A DNA stretch of 64,000 bases from Eutreptiella sp. 'Long Island Sound 2002' (GCA_964036045.1 OZ038378.1:193130001-193194000); one strand, 5' to 3'; counted from the stretch's first letter, positions 46,682 to 57,829 are shown. Numbers and translations are program-made. Notes: generated from the sequence alone by a model not told the origin.

Positions 46682-48799
46682 GTCCGCGACTGGGTTCTAT
46701 CCTCTGGTGTGTGGGACAGTTGGTTGGTTGGCCCCCGCTAGCTGGGGCTTGCGCTGGGGCTGTGGTTTGGGGGCCATGTTTGTCGTTGGCCTCTCCACTC
46801 AGACGACATTCGCTCTCTTTACGCGAATTTCCCGTCCTTGTGTGTGCCGTGGCCCCTTTGTTACGCGCACCTGCACTCTGAAGCCGTCATGCCCCACCAC
46901 CATGGCCTCACATGCGTTGAATTCCACCTGCCGCAGCCCTTGCAGATTCACTGCTGCTCCAGGAACAAAAGTTTGGCTCACAGGGCTGCGGAGGGCAAAA
47001 CTGAATGGAGCAGAAGGGAGCGTCCAAGGGGAGGATAATGGCCAGGTTCTAGTGCAACTAGACCACCAAAAGGGAGGCAGAACAGTGGCAGTCATCCACG
47101 ACACTTGAGCAGCCTGCCCCAAGGTAATGGCAGTAGTATGGGTTGTCGGGAGCAAGCTAGTAGCCCGCAAACAAGGAGAGCAGGAGCACAAAGGCATGAC
47201 AGGGCGCCGGTGACGCCACCTGCAGCAGCCCCCCATGTGGAGGCGGCCGTGTTAACATTGGTAGCAGGCGCAGCAGTAGTGGTGGTGGGTAGCGCAAGGC
47301 ACCTTGCGACGGGCTGCCACCTGTCTTGGGCCACCGCCTGCTCCCGGTTCTGTTTCATTATTGCTGCCCTTCGTTGTCTAGTGGCTTGGTCATGGCTCTT
47401 CTGCCACTTTTTGAGCCTGTGTACGAGCACCTGCGGGAGGTTGCACTCACAAAATAATGCCCCTATTTTTTCATTGATGCACCTATGCCCCCACAGATAC
47501 ATTGTTTGGCGTTGCGCACGTACTTCCCGGCGGTCTTCACGTCGTCTCCATAGAGTAGGCACTCCACACGTCCTTTTCCCGGCACTGTCCCCGCCGACAT
47601 AAAATCCGCCTTCCAGATGCGGCATTGCGCACACAACCACACCCCTAATTTTCCTCCATCTTCGCTCGGCGGTGCGCACTGCCTGTGGTCGCATGTGCCA
47701 CACCCATGACATGTGTATCGTGGTTCTGCCCCTGGTGCAGTGCATAATTTCACATCGCATCACCTTGTTTTGCCTTCTTTCTACGTCGTCTCCGGTGTTT
47801 GCTGAGTTTGCTGTGTCCCTTGCCTATGGCCCTCCTCTTGTGCTTCTGCTCACCCATCCTCTTTGATATTCTGCACAAGTATCTGTCCCTCCACTGTCCG
47901 GCCTGGGGTGTCCTCCATCTTTTCCAGCAAATTGCGCTTCATCCCTTGGCCCGTCTGTCGCGTCTCTTGTGGGTGCATTTCGTTCCACACTCTCGCCAGA
48001 GCGTGGAATAGGCACAGCCCATCTAGTGGCGTCTCGAAGATCGTCGTCGTCTCTGGGAGCTCATCTTCTAACTGCCCTGCGCCCTATCTCACCACGTTAC
48101 GCCGGCCTAGTGCCTGGCGCAGTTGCGATGCCACCCCCGGCGGTAGGATATTCCAAAAATTGCGTGCCCCATGTGCTGTCTCACCCAACACCTGCACACG
48201 GGGTGGCAGGCGTTGGGAGTGGTGGCAGGAACTGTGGTGGCTGCGGTGCTACGAGTCGTGTCCCGCATGGGATGGAACGCACAGGGGTTTCTATGGGGCA
48301 TGAGTCATACAACGTGAAATGGGTGCGGGGTGCAAGTTTCAGACACGACAAAGGAGGGGTTGCTGGTCCATGTGGTGGAGGGCACACCAAGTCAGGGGGA
48401 TGAACAAGCAGGCCGCATGCTAGAAGTACCATGAGGGGCGTTCTGGGGGTTGGGCCTTGAAGGGACGGCGCCAACACACACAGAGCAGACATTGCCCCGC
48501 CACCAGCCGGAGCACTCAAGGGAAGATAGCGAAGTGGTCCACAGGTCAGCAAATGAGACGTTGGTATGGGGTCTTCTGCGGCTGTTCACTATGGGGGTTT
48601 TGTTTCCCCTGGTGATCGGCTTGAAGCTGGGCCCTTGCCAACCAAGCCCGGGTGACTGTGCCTGCAATGGGTGTCTCTTTTGACCCCTGCCTTGTCTTTG
48701 CGCTTGCGGTGTGGCCCCGATTGCTGTAGTGCAGAGCGCTCTCGCTGTGTCTATTATTGTCCTGCACAATTTCATGTTGTTGTTGTTGTGCTTGCTGAT

Positions 48800-48997
48800 G
48801 GTGTTGATGTTTGATGATTCCTGCTCCTCCCAGTTCCATGCCTCCACGGTTGCTTGCTTCATTCTCTCTAATAATAGCTTCTGGTCAAAACATTGGTACA
48901 TAGCGGTGAAGTCTACCGTGCGTGCCGTGCTCCGTTGGGTGGCCACCTTTCGCGCTGCGAACCACAACAGTTGCGCCACCTCTTCTACTGATTCCAC
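48800..48997 (-). mobile_element. Fragment of a reverse transcriptase, probably Penelope-like
   Basis: RTVDFTAMYQCFDQKLLLERMKQATVEAW resembles the PLE-type RT motif-A (DFxxMY) region. No YxDD motif follows. Confidence 0.45.
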
Positions 48998-49361
48998 AAA
49001 CTAGCACCGCTTTGCATGCCCCTGCCTCCGTCGCACTGCGTCTTTTGCTTGTAGTGTGTGCATTACTGTAGACAGAACACCCACCAATTCGTCCCCCGCT
49101 CCAGCCAGGCTTCTCTGTGCGTCCCTGGGGTTTTCCTATTTGCTTTGCGCCCCCCCCCCCCCAGCCCCCCAGCCCCACCCCGTCCCGTAGGCCAAACACT
49201 AAGCACAACCCTGCCCAGTACTTAGACCACCGACGTTTATCGCACACGACTGCCCACAGCATCCGTCCACATGGGGTGCTCTTCCCACCTCAAAACTGTG
49301 GTGTGCGGCGCCCGATGCCTTGACAGCGCACGTGAGGGCCTGCACACCACCAAGACAGTAC

Positions 49362-49491
49362 CTGGGCCGCCTCCTTGTCCGCATCGTCCACACGGGGGAA
49401 CAGAATGCCGATTTCCTTCTCGTTGACGGGGAACTCCGTCATCTTGAGCCCGATCAGTTCCTCGATCTTCTGGATCTGCAGGACGTCATAC
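49362..49491 (-). CDS. DDX47: DDX47/RRP3, penultimate exon
   Basis: YDVLQIQKIEELIGLKMTEFPVNEKEIGILFPRVDDADKEAAQ resembles DDX47 YDVELFQRIEHLIGKKLPGFP…RV. Boundaries ctgcag| and |gtactg, phase 2 to 0. Confidence 0.9.
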
Positions 49492-50452
49492 CTGCAGCAG
49501 CGGGGCGAGGCAGAGGGGCAAAAATGATGGGCGCAGGTCGTTCGGTGGGACAACACCGGGTCCGGCCCACAGCCCGGCCCTGGGCTTGCGACCATTGCTT
49601 GGTCCAGGGGCAAGGGAGGTTCTTAGAGGGGGTTCAGCAAAGGGGGTGCTAATCCTGCGGCGCCTACGGTGCCTGCGGCGCGCAATTTGGGTAATTATCG
49701 TGGAACAGGAGAAATGGTACCCTTTGTGAAGCGTACTTTTGAATGGGGAGTGGTTATCGCAACACTTTCGTCCGTTTTGAGTATTATGCCTCGCAATTGT
49801 GCCCGTTTGACCTACTTCCTTCACCCAAAATTGAGGAAAGTCAATGCAGTGCTAATTGCCCTAAAGCTAATTGCCCTTACCCTGCGGCACTGCGACACAC
49901 AGTAAGCGCTCCCAAAGGTGCGGGGGGGTTGTACACATCAAAATGATCGCCGGAACGTGCTGATCATTCTGCGGCACACATATGGGCGGCGGAGTATCAA
50001 GTATCTGCGGTGGGATTAGGGTGCCCCGGCTGGTGGAGCACCCCATACCATGCAGACATTGAGTTTGCCCTCGAACCAAATGGAGGCGGCATGTCTCCAA
50101 GTTGCACAATCAATGAGCACATCGTAGTTTGGTAACCCCCATGAGCATGGCATGTCGATGATGTGCAACTCATTCCTGCAGTTGTACCTTTGCTATCATG
50201 TCATGCTCGCAACACATGTTTCTAGGATATGCAACTTGCTTTTTGTATTAAGCCACATCAAAGGACTTTTCGCGTTTAGGCTGGTGGTCCCCAACGGAAT
50301 CGCAAACATGCAACAAAACCTCCGGAGGAAATTGCAGCTCGGGTCACCGGCACCGATTTCAGAAGTCCACCTTTTCTCCCGATGAATGTTTTATCACGAT
50401 GCACTTTCCGTCAACGAGCAGGAGAGAGGGTTCTCCCTTTTTTGGTCCGGGG

Positions 50453-50639
50453 CAGGGATGTATGAGAAGAGCGGGGGGGGGGGGGGTTTCTGGAACCCAA
50501 AAATTTGCGTACCAAAAATAGCCCAAATCAATAATTTCCTTTTGTAAATTTCATTTTTTCCCACTGTGACATCTGGGTCCAGGAGGGAGGGTTACCCCCC
50601 CCTCCTCCTATGGTTGTCAGCCCTTCTAATATATCCCTG
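50453..50639. mobile_element. hAT-like MITE (CAGGG…CCCTG), 187 bp
   Basis: TIR CAGGGATGTATGAGAAG versus CAGGGATATATTAGAAG (15/17). Flanks GTCCGGGG / ACCTGGGT (4/8, weak). Confidence 0.72.
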
Positions 50640-51233
50640 ACCTGGGTTGTAGTCCATCCCCTGAGGCGGGGAGGGGGGGGTGAGACTCCGCCACAATCTG
50701 TTCCCACAGGCGGGCACAAGACCTGCGGCACAAGACCCGGAACCGCGAAGTGGGGGTGTGGGTGTGGGTGTGGGCGGTGGGTGGGGCGGACAGACGCTGT
50801 GGAAGGCGCAACGCGGGGCCCGGGGGTTCCGGATCACCGAGTGGGACACGTTCGGTGGTGTGCTGCTTTCGAGGTTGAAAAATGTCATCCGCGCACGGGA
50901 ACAGGCGCAACCCACTGCACGGTTCCCCGTCGATCGATATATGCTCTGTCGTCACCAAATGATGGCGACGTCAAGCCCGGCCCAACGCCACCAGGAAGTT
51001 CTTTGAGATCACTGGACAACCGGCCTGAAAAAGTTCCTCATCGGAGGAATTCAGCCTGCCCATGCGGGGTCATCATTCGGTGACAATGGGAGCACGAAAA
51101 AGGCCGTGCGGAGCCACGTAGCATCCGCTGGGCCCACTTTTTGGTGTCCATGCCTGCGAAATGGGCCAGTCTCAGCCTATCTCAGCCCGTTCGTAGGTGA
51201 GACATTCAGGCCACTGTGGGGGGGGGGGGGGGG

Positions 51234-51893
51234 CAGGGAAGCAATAGAAGTGGGGGGGGGGGGGAGGCAAAATTTTTGTGTACCAAAAATGACCCGACAA
51301 AAAATTCTCTATTTGTAAATTTCACATTTTCCAACTACAGGGGGGGGGGGGGGGAACTTCGCGGCGGGATTATTTCGCCATGGGATATTTCGCAGTGGGT
51401 TTATTTCGCATGCAATCTTGAATTTGCTGTGGGAAATTTCGCACCCACATGCTGTGAGCCGACCTTTGGTTGGTGCTGGCTGTGGACGAGACTGCTGTCA
51501 ATTATTTTCCATCCCTGCAAAGAATGTAGCAAGCTGCAGGCAAAGTTCGCAAGTGTACCTTGCGTACAGCAATGAGAAACGTACGATCACAAGATCCCCC
51601 ATTACAGATTCTGACGGCAACATTTCTCTGTTTCAGCTCTTGTGGAAGGGCACAACAGACAAGACATTTTGTTAAATTTCGCAGCGGGTTTACTTCGCAC
51701 AGCGGCCTGAAAATTACGTGGGAAATTTCGCACGAATTTGAAATACGAAATATCCCACGGCGAAATAATCCCGCCGCGAAACCCCCCCCCCCCTGTATGA
51801 TCACTCAATTGGTCTGGGAGGGGGGGAGGGCCCCAGTGGGAGGGGGGCACCCCCCCTCCTCCTATGGTGTGCGGCCATTCTAAGACTTCCCTG
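51234..51893. mobile_element. hAT-like MITE interrupted by a nested TA-flanked MITE
   Basis: TIR CAGGGAAGCAATAGAA versus CAGGGAAGTCTTAGAA. Removing the insert and one TA restores the family body (…TTTTCCAACTATGATCACT…). Confidence 0.78.
51338..51795. mobile_element. Tc1/mariner-type MITE, 458 bp, TA target-site duplication
   Basis: TA|CAG(G)n…TTCGCGGCGGGATTATTTCGCC(A/G)TGGGATATTTCG, mirrored at the right end over about 45-55 bp and followed by |TA. Confidence 0.88.
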
Positions 51894-53353
51894 ACGGGGG
51901 GACAACTCCTCGGGTAAACCATCCGTGGGGTACATCATTTTCATTTCTCGCTCTACTCGGGTCACAGAAAGGGACGCAGGTGACGCCAGACACTGCCTGC
52001 CTTCTGTCGCACTCGGGGGCATGCGCTCGCATGGGCACAGTGCTGCACGCCGCCTTCTCACCCCCAAAACGGTGATGCCGAGCTCCGACAAAGCCACGCA
52101 AAACGGAGCGGGGGACTCTCAGCGCCCGTCCCTGGGGTTGGCCCGTGGCCCTTTTCGAGTGCTGCTGCGGTCTTCCCCCGGATGACTGGTCTTCCGTCTG
52201 CCGGCCGTATGACGGGGCAGACGTGATTTGGGGCAGGGATGGGCCCCTTCCTGCGCTCGGCCCCGGTGGTGCAGCGGCCATGCCATATGCCGCGGCCCCC
52301 TACAGGCAACCGTCGGTGACTTGTTGGGTGACCCCGGACCACAATGATCAGCAGTGGTGTGGTGCACTTGGGGGGGGGGGGGGGAGTGGCATGACGCCCG
52401 GTTTGTGCTGCTGTCTGAAGCTGACGGCGCCTATTGGCCTCTCGCCACTTTGCCCTGCCCTTTCCTTGAACCCTTTCCCTCCGCAGACCACCTTGTGCCC
52501 TCTCCCTGCCTGGCCTATCCTCACCTCCCTACTCACCCTTTGTTTCCCTTGGGAAGTTGTACCAACTGAGGCCCCGGACTGTCCCCGTTTCACTGCTCCG
52601 TGTCGGGTCCAGGAGGCCAACCGCCCTCGCCGTTGGCCAGGTGCGTCCAAGTGGACACCCCAAACCGCCGGTGGGGGATCCCTCCCCAACGGCGGCTGTT
52701 TTTTAAGGAGTTCGGGGGGCGTCCTAGACCCCAGGGTTTGTGTGGGCAAAGAGAGCGCAAAACTGTGTTGTCGTGGAGTGTTCCTTCCCGCGGCAGATTG
52801 TTATGTCGGACCCGCGGGGGCGGGGGGGGGCGGGGAGGCCCGGGCCCAGGCCCAGCAAGTTTCCCGCTTGGGACTTCCGGATGTGTGCACCGGTTTGAGT
52901 TTTTAGGAGGACTATGTCCACATTGCCTGTCACACACTGGGGAGCCGTATTTTCAATCGGTGAGAGCGGGACACTTGTCCCTCTGCTCAAATGCGCTGCT
53001 TCCGCCCACTCGGCGTCCCTCCAGCGCCGGCGATGCTCCACACAAAGTCTCTTGCAAAACCTTGAAGTTTGGAGCTCAACGCCACATCTCACGTGGGACA
53101 TGCAACACAGGGCCCAGGGGGTTCTGGCCGGGGCGTGGGGGGGGGGGGGGGAGGATAAGGGGCTGCTCCACAAAAAACATATCATTCCAGATAATCAGGG
53201 GCGGTAGGGTCCTTCCGCCCGGGGCTCTCCCTTATTCGGCCGCGGCAATCAATGCGGCAGTACTTGCCACACAGGATTGCGCAGGGCACGGGCCTTGGAG
53301 CGTGCAACGCCAGCCCCGAACACAGAGGCGGGGTCCGCAGGGGAGGTGCATAC

Positions 53354-53423
53354 TGCGTCACAAAATTCACTGCCAGCCCACTGCGCCCAGCACGTGCCGT
53401 ACGCCCAACACGGTGGATGTAGT
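53354..53423 (-). CDS. DDX47: DDX47/RRP3 exon with helicase motif VI
   Basis: DYIHRVGRTARAGRSGLAVNFVTQ. Boundaries gtcgcag| and |gtatgc, phase 1 to 2. Confidence 0.95.
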
Positions 53424-53696
53424 CTGCGACGACAAGCGTGTGACCATGCAGTAGACAGGGCAAAAGTGGAAGCAGAGGACAAAAAAATGGTATGCGGGTG
53501 ATTGTTTTGCAGCTGCAAATTGCGAGCACAAGTTTTTTTGACTGACGAGGAATTTTAAAAAATTTAATAAAAAAAAACAGAACAACCCCCCCACCCCAAA
53601 AAAATGTGATGCGAGTGCGGCTCCCTACAAGTGTGCGACACAGTTTTTTCTGGTTGCTTGTGCTCTGCTCCGGAGGCAGGACTTGTGCAGGCGTAA

Positions 53697-54136
53697 ACCC
53701 CCCCCAATACCAGAATATGCGCGTATTCTTATGTATTTGCATGTTCTTATTTTTTGTGTTCTTATTTGGGAGACCCCGATGTGCAGTGTTCCCAGCCCTC
53801 TTTGTTTGCAGAAATATGGCAGAGTTGAATGTTGATGACCCCTCCTTTTGGTTTAATGATGTTTTGGCTGCCACAGATGAGGATGAGGCCATTGTGGATG
53901 CCTCAGACTATGCTGGCAGTATCATTGAGGGTGACAGTGACACTGACTGCGTTGAACTCTGTGGGATGCATCAAAGTAGAAATGAAAATTTCTGGTATGC
54001 CAGCAGGGGCCCATAGGTGCAGAAATTGGGACCCTAGGACCCTGGGCCCAGCTGTGTGTTCTTATTTTGGACTAAATAATAAGAACATGCGTGTGTGTTC
54101 TTATTTCGATTGCGTGCTCTTGTATGGGGTAGGGGC
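53697..54136 (+). mobile_element. piggyBac-like non-autonomous element with an acidic internal ORF
   Basis: Imperfect TIRs (CCCCAATACCAGAATATGCGC versus CCCCATACAAGAGCACGC). Flanks GTAA / TTAG, each 3/4 of TTAA. Internal tttgcag|aaatATG then MAELNVDDPSFWFNDVLAATDEDEAIVDASDY…. Confidence 0.4.
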
Positions 54137-54598
54137 TTAGGCACACGAAGGCAGGCCCGAAAGGCAAATTACAGTGCACAGCAGCGGGCGTACAAAAACT
54201 GCCATTCTATCGGATATACCGTTCTATCGGACGACTGTGAACAACCATCCACTGGTCATCGGTTGGCCATCGACTGTCGGATGTTGGCGTTAACCGTCGG
54301 GCGGTTGGTTAACCAACAGAAACCCACATCAGAGGAGCTGAGCGCCTTTCTTTCTCAGCTGTTGCACTCGTGCCATACGAGGTCGGTCCGGGCGTTCGTC
54401 ACCCAGTGTCCCCAGGGGTCGCATTGGGTACCTCCAGCTCGGGTGTCAGCTGACCCATGCGACCTCTCTGCTGCGGGAATGGTAATGCCGATTGCTTTGC
54501 AGGACGGTCAATGCGGAGGGCTTGAGGTGGTGGGGATGCAAGTCAGGGGCATCCCCACTACCTCACGCCCTCCGCCTTGCATCCTCAGTCCCCAGCCC

Positions 54599-55024
54599 CT
54601 GGGCGGGAAGAAAATTGCTCTGCGGGGGGGGGGGGGGGTGACACGGAAGCCCATTTTCCCAACCCCCCCCCCCTCCTTGGCCGCCGTGACGGGAGGGGGG
54701 AGTTCAGGGCGGGGGTGCCCGACCTGCCGTGCCGGGGGGGGGGGGGGGGCAACCCAACATCTATGGCTCAAAATGATACCCACGTCGCGCTGATCATTTT
54801 GACAACTCAAATGTGGGGGGGGGGGGGTTTATTATTGGTGGAAAAAACTTTTTCGGGCCAAATTTTGTGTTCCTGTGCCTTTGGCGCCAACATCCGTTCT
54901 TACACAAAACAAAGGGCCCGACACGGAACCCCATTTCTCCAACCCCCCCCCCTCCCTCCTTCGGCGGGCATCCATGTCACCCCCCCCCCCCCCCCCCCCG
55001 CAGAGCAATTTTCAGGTTGCCCTG
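54599..55024. mobile_element. MITE with about 40-bp TIRs
   Basis: GAAAATTGCTCTGC(G)nTGAC mirrored by GTCA(C)nGCAGAGCAATTTTC; right end GCCCTG. Confidence 0.8.
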
Positions 55025-56028
55025 GCCGGCAGCAGCACACACACGGTACGAGTGAGGGCAGCGCAGAGTATGTCAAGGAGTTGCCATGCCACAGGCCTGT
55101 GTTGGGGCTACGCGGAGGCACAAGGGTATGTTGAGGGTGCGGTGGGACCAAGGGGTGACCGGAGTGTCGCTCGGCAATTGGTGGTTCTGGATCTGATTGC
55201 CTTGCACCTCCACCACCCCAGCCTGGTGACCTGGCACCAGGATAATACCCCTCGGGACGGTTGCTTGAGGGCCGGATGGCCCACTTGCATTGCCATGGAC
55301 AGAGAGAGCCGCCCGTATGGGCGAGGAGGCCCCGCTTGGCCATGGGGCCGACCAGCGTCGGACGGGTACTGCGCGTGTGACAGCCACGGGGAGGCCAACC
55401 GGAGCCTTCTACCGGCGGCCACAAGGAGGCACAGCAGCCAGCGAGACGGAGTGGCGAGCTGGTGCATTGTGGGCACAACGGTGACAGGGGCGGCCGCCGG
55501 CGGGACTCTGGTGCGACAGCCCCGGGGAGGCTAACAGAGGCCCTGTACTATGGGCTACGAGGAGGCATGGCCGCGGGTGTGACACGAGATGGAGCGGCGG
55601 GCCGGTGCCCGCGTGGGTGCGATGGTGACAGGGGCTGCGCCCGGCTGACCGGTCGGTGTAGCTACTGTGAGAGCTGCCGTAGATGGCCCATGGGGGCCCG
55701 GTGCAGGTACAAGGGGCGTGGGTCGATGCCGGTGCAGACCGGCTGATTGTACGCAGGGGCCGCTGAAGGCTGGCCCTGAGGGCGTGATGCGGGACCTACC
55801 GCTGGCAGAGACCGGGTTGGCGCAACGCCGGACGTCTGCCCCGGAGACTACGGCAGGGGGCAGCCGTGGCTTCAAGACTTCTTCGTGCCTCCGGCCTGAG
55901 GCCCCTCGCGCCGACGAAACGACGTGCAGCCACGGGTCTTGGTTGAGGTAGTGCGGGAACTCCTGCCCCTATACACCCACATACCCCAGGACCCCCGCAC
56001 GCCCCCGACATCCCGTGCTCTCGCATAC

Positions 56029-56145
56029 CCTTGACGGACACTGGCAACGAATAGTTGATCACACAATCCACGTTCGGAATATCCAAACCTCTGGAGGCCA
56101 CATCAGTGCCCACGAGTACCTTGACTTTGCCTTCTTTGAAGCGCT
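56029..56145 (-). CDS. DDX47: DDX47/RRP3 exon with helicase motif V
   Basis: [39 protein letters not shown]. Boundaries ctgcag| and |gtatgc, phase 1 to 1. Confidence 0.95.
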
Positions 56146-57723
56146 CTGCAGCGACACAAGCGAGTGCCGAACCGATTGTAGGTCAAAAAAAACCCTCTCC
56201 GTGCCGCATATTGGCTTCGCCTGAATGCAGCGACGTGCTGTTCGCTGCCATACATCGGCCACGACCCCAGCTGCAGATCAGACATACACATGCGCAGGCA
56301 CAGACCACCGCGCAGGTCTTTGGCATATGTTGGAGGTTGGTTTGCCCGCATCTATTCTGATGATAGGAAAATGAGGGAGATGCGCTGTGTCTCATCGCAC
56401 ACGCTCCGGCAGCCATCAAAAAGCACAGCCGGGCTGAAAGCCACACAGGACAGGGAGCAGGGCCACCCACGTTCACACCCCCAAACATGCGAAGTGGCCT
56501 TGTGGCCCCCGAATCTGCAGCGGATTCCGAAAGTGGACAGTGCTGTGCTTCTACCAACCGATCGACCGTCCGCCAGTCTGGGTTGAGACGTGGCTGCCGG
56601 GGGTGGACGAAAAAACAAATGTTGGGGGCGGGCTTCCAACCCCTCCTCCCCTCTTGGCAAGGGCTCAATGGGCACACAGCTAGTAATTCGTGGATGGCTG
56701 TTCAGCAATGCTGTTGCACTGCCGCACTGTGTGCACATTTGGCAAAACGCACCAGATGGGAACCCCTCCCAACCCACCCACCACTCCTGGGCACTTCAGC
56801 CCCCACGCACGTACGAGACCATCACCCCATCCGGGGGTTATGAGCCTGTAGAGTCCTGCAGCCCCGGCTTTCATTGTGTTTAATCCTGAAGCATTGTGAA
56901 ATTAGTGCCGAACCCCCGGTCTTAGACATACGCACAGTGCGAGGGTGCCTGCACATAGATGCCAGATCTGCATTCTGTGAAGGGGAGGGAAGCAGCGGTT
57001 CTCTTCGTCTCCATTCATACCACCAGCTCACCAACACCACCACCACCACTTTTCTCTGTTTGGACTGCGCACCGCAGGACAGGCAGTCTCCCTCCCAATC
57101 GCGCGCTCTGGGCGCCGCAGGAAAAGCCTTCTCCCTGTCCGAGGTACAGGCAGCCAAAGGTCAATGCGGCCCATCTATCCTGCACAAGAGGCCGGTCCCT
57201 GAGACCAAATGGTCCCTGAGACCGAAAAACAAAACCTTGCGGGCGTGTGCCAAACCCAGCGCCACGGTTGGACGGTAGTGCCGACAAGGGGGAGGGGGCC
57301 CCCGGCGGTCGAGAGCCATCAGCCGAACTATCGGTAGTGATACGGAATCCCGGCAACCTTCAATCGCGTTGTGCCCCTCAAAATGACCGGCTCGATGATA
57401 AAACTCAGAAAATCACGTTCGTTTGCCAACCGATGGTGGCTGAAGGGCACCAAAGGCAGTGGCAGGGTGACCGACGGCGGTTGGATGGGAACAGACGGCA
57501 ATTTGACGGTGACTGGGGCGGTATCTCGGGGCAGTCCTGAATGCAAAACCCAAAAACCGCCCTGCTCCTGCGTCTTGGACGGGGCAAGGGAGAGGGATCT
57601 GCCCACTGCCCAGGACGTGAATCCCTTCGAGCCCTCTCCGACCACTTGTCTGCCAGATCGCCGCGCTGACGCGTGTCCATTGGTTTGCCAAAGGCCAGGC
57701 CAAGCGCTGCGGGGGGGACGTAC

Positions 57724-57829
57724 CAAGAGCCAACTCGCGCTTGTCCTGCGACATGGCCCCGTAGATCGGCAGCGCCTTCATGCCGATCTTGCGCAGCATC
57801 AACGTCATCCGCTTAACCAGAGCGCACGC
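57724..57829 (-). CDS. DDX47: DDX47/RRP3, most 5' exon found in the window (region after motif IV)
   Basis: ACALVKRMTLMLRKIGMKALPIYGAMSQDKRELAL resembles DDX47 LLRNLGFTAIPLHGQMSQSKR. Boundaries cccccag| and |gtacgt, phase 0 to 1. Confidence 0.9.

Larger units (their letters stand above)
43250..48100 (-). mobile_element. Decayed retroelement-like insertion of about 5 kb in a DDX47 intron: OTU-like, PHD, SH3-like, DnaJ and APE-like motifs, plus a separate CCCH finger
   Basis: TPLDGLCLFHALAR (about 48032-47991); PHD 47759-47622; J-domain with HPD in 46478-46681; GVYTPQ and HIDGDL at about 46160-46070; C-x5-C-x4-C-x3-H at 44525-44478. Multiple stops and frameshifts. Confidence 0.65.

Noticed and set aside
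4733-57829. Nonconventional (non-GT-AG) introns within coding regions
   Set aside because: All eight reconstructed introns are GT-AG with consistent phase, and the two single-exon ORFs need no splicing.
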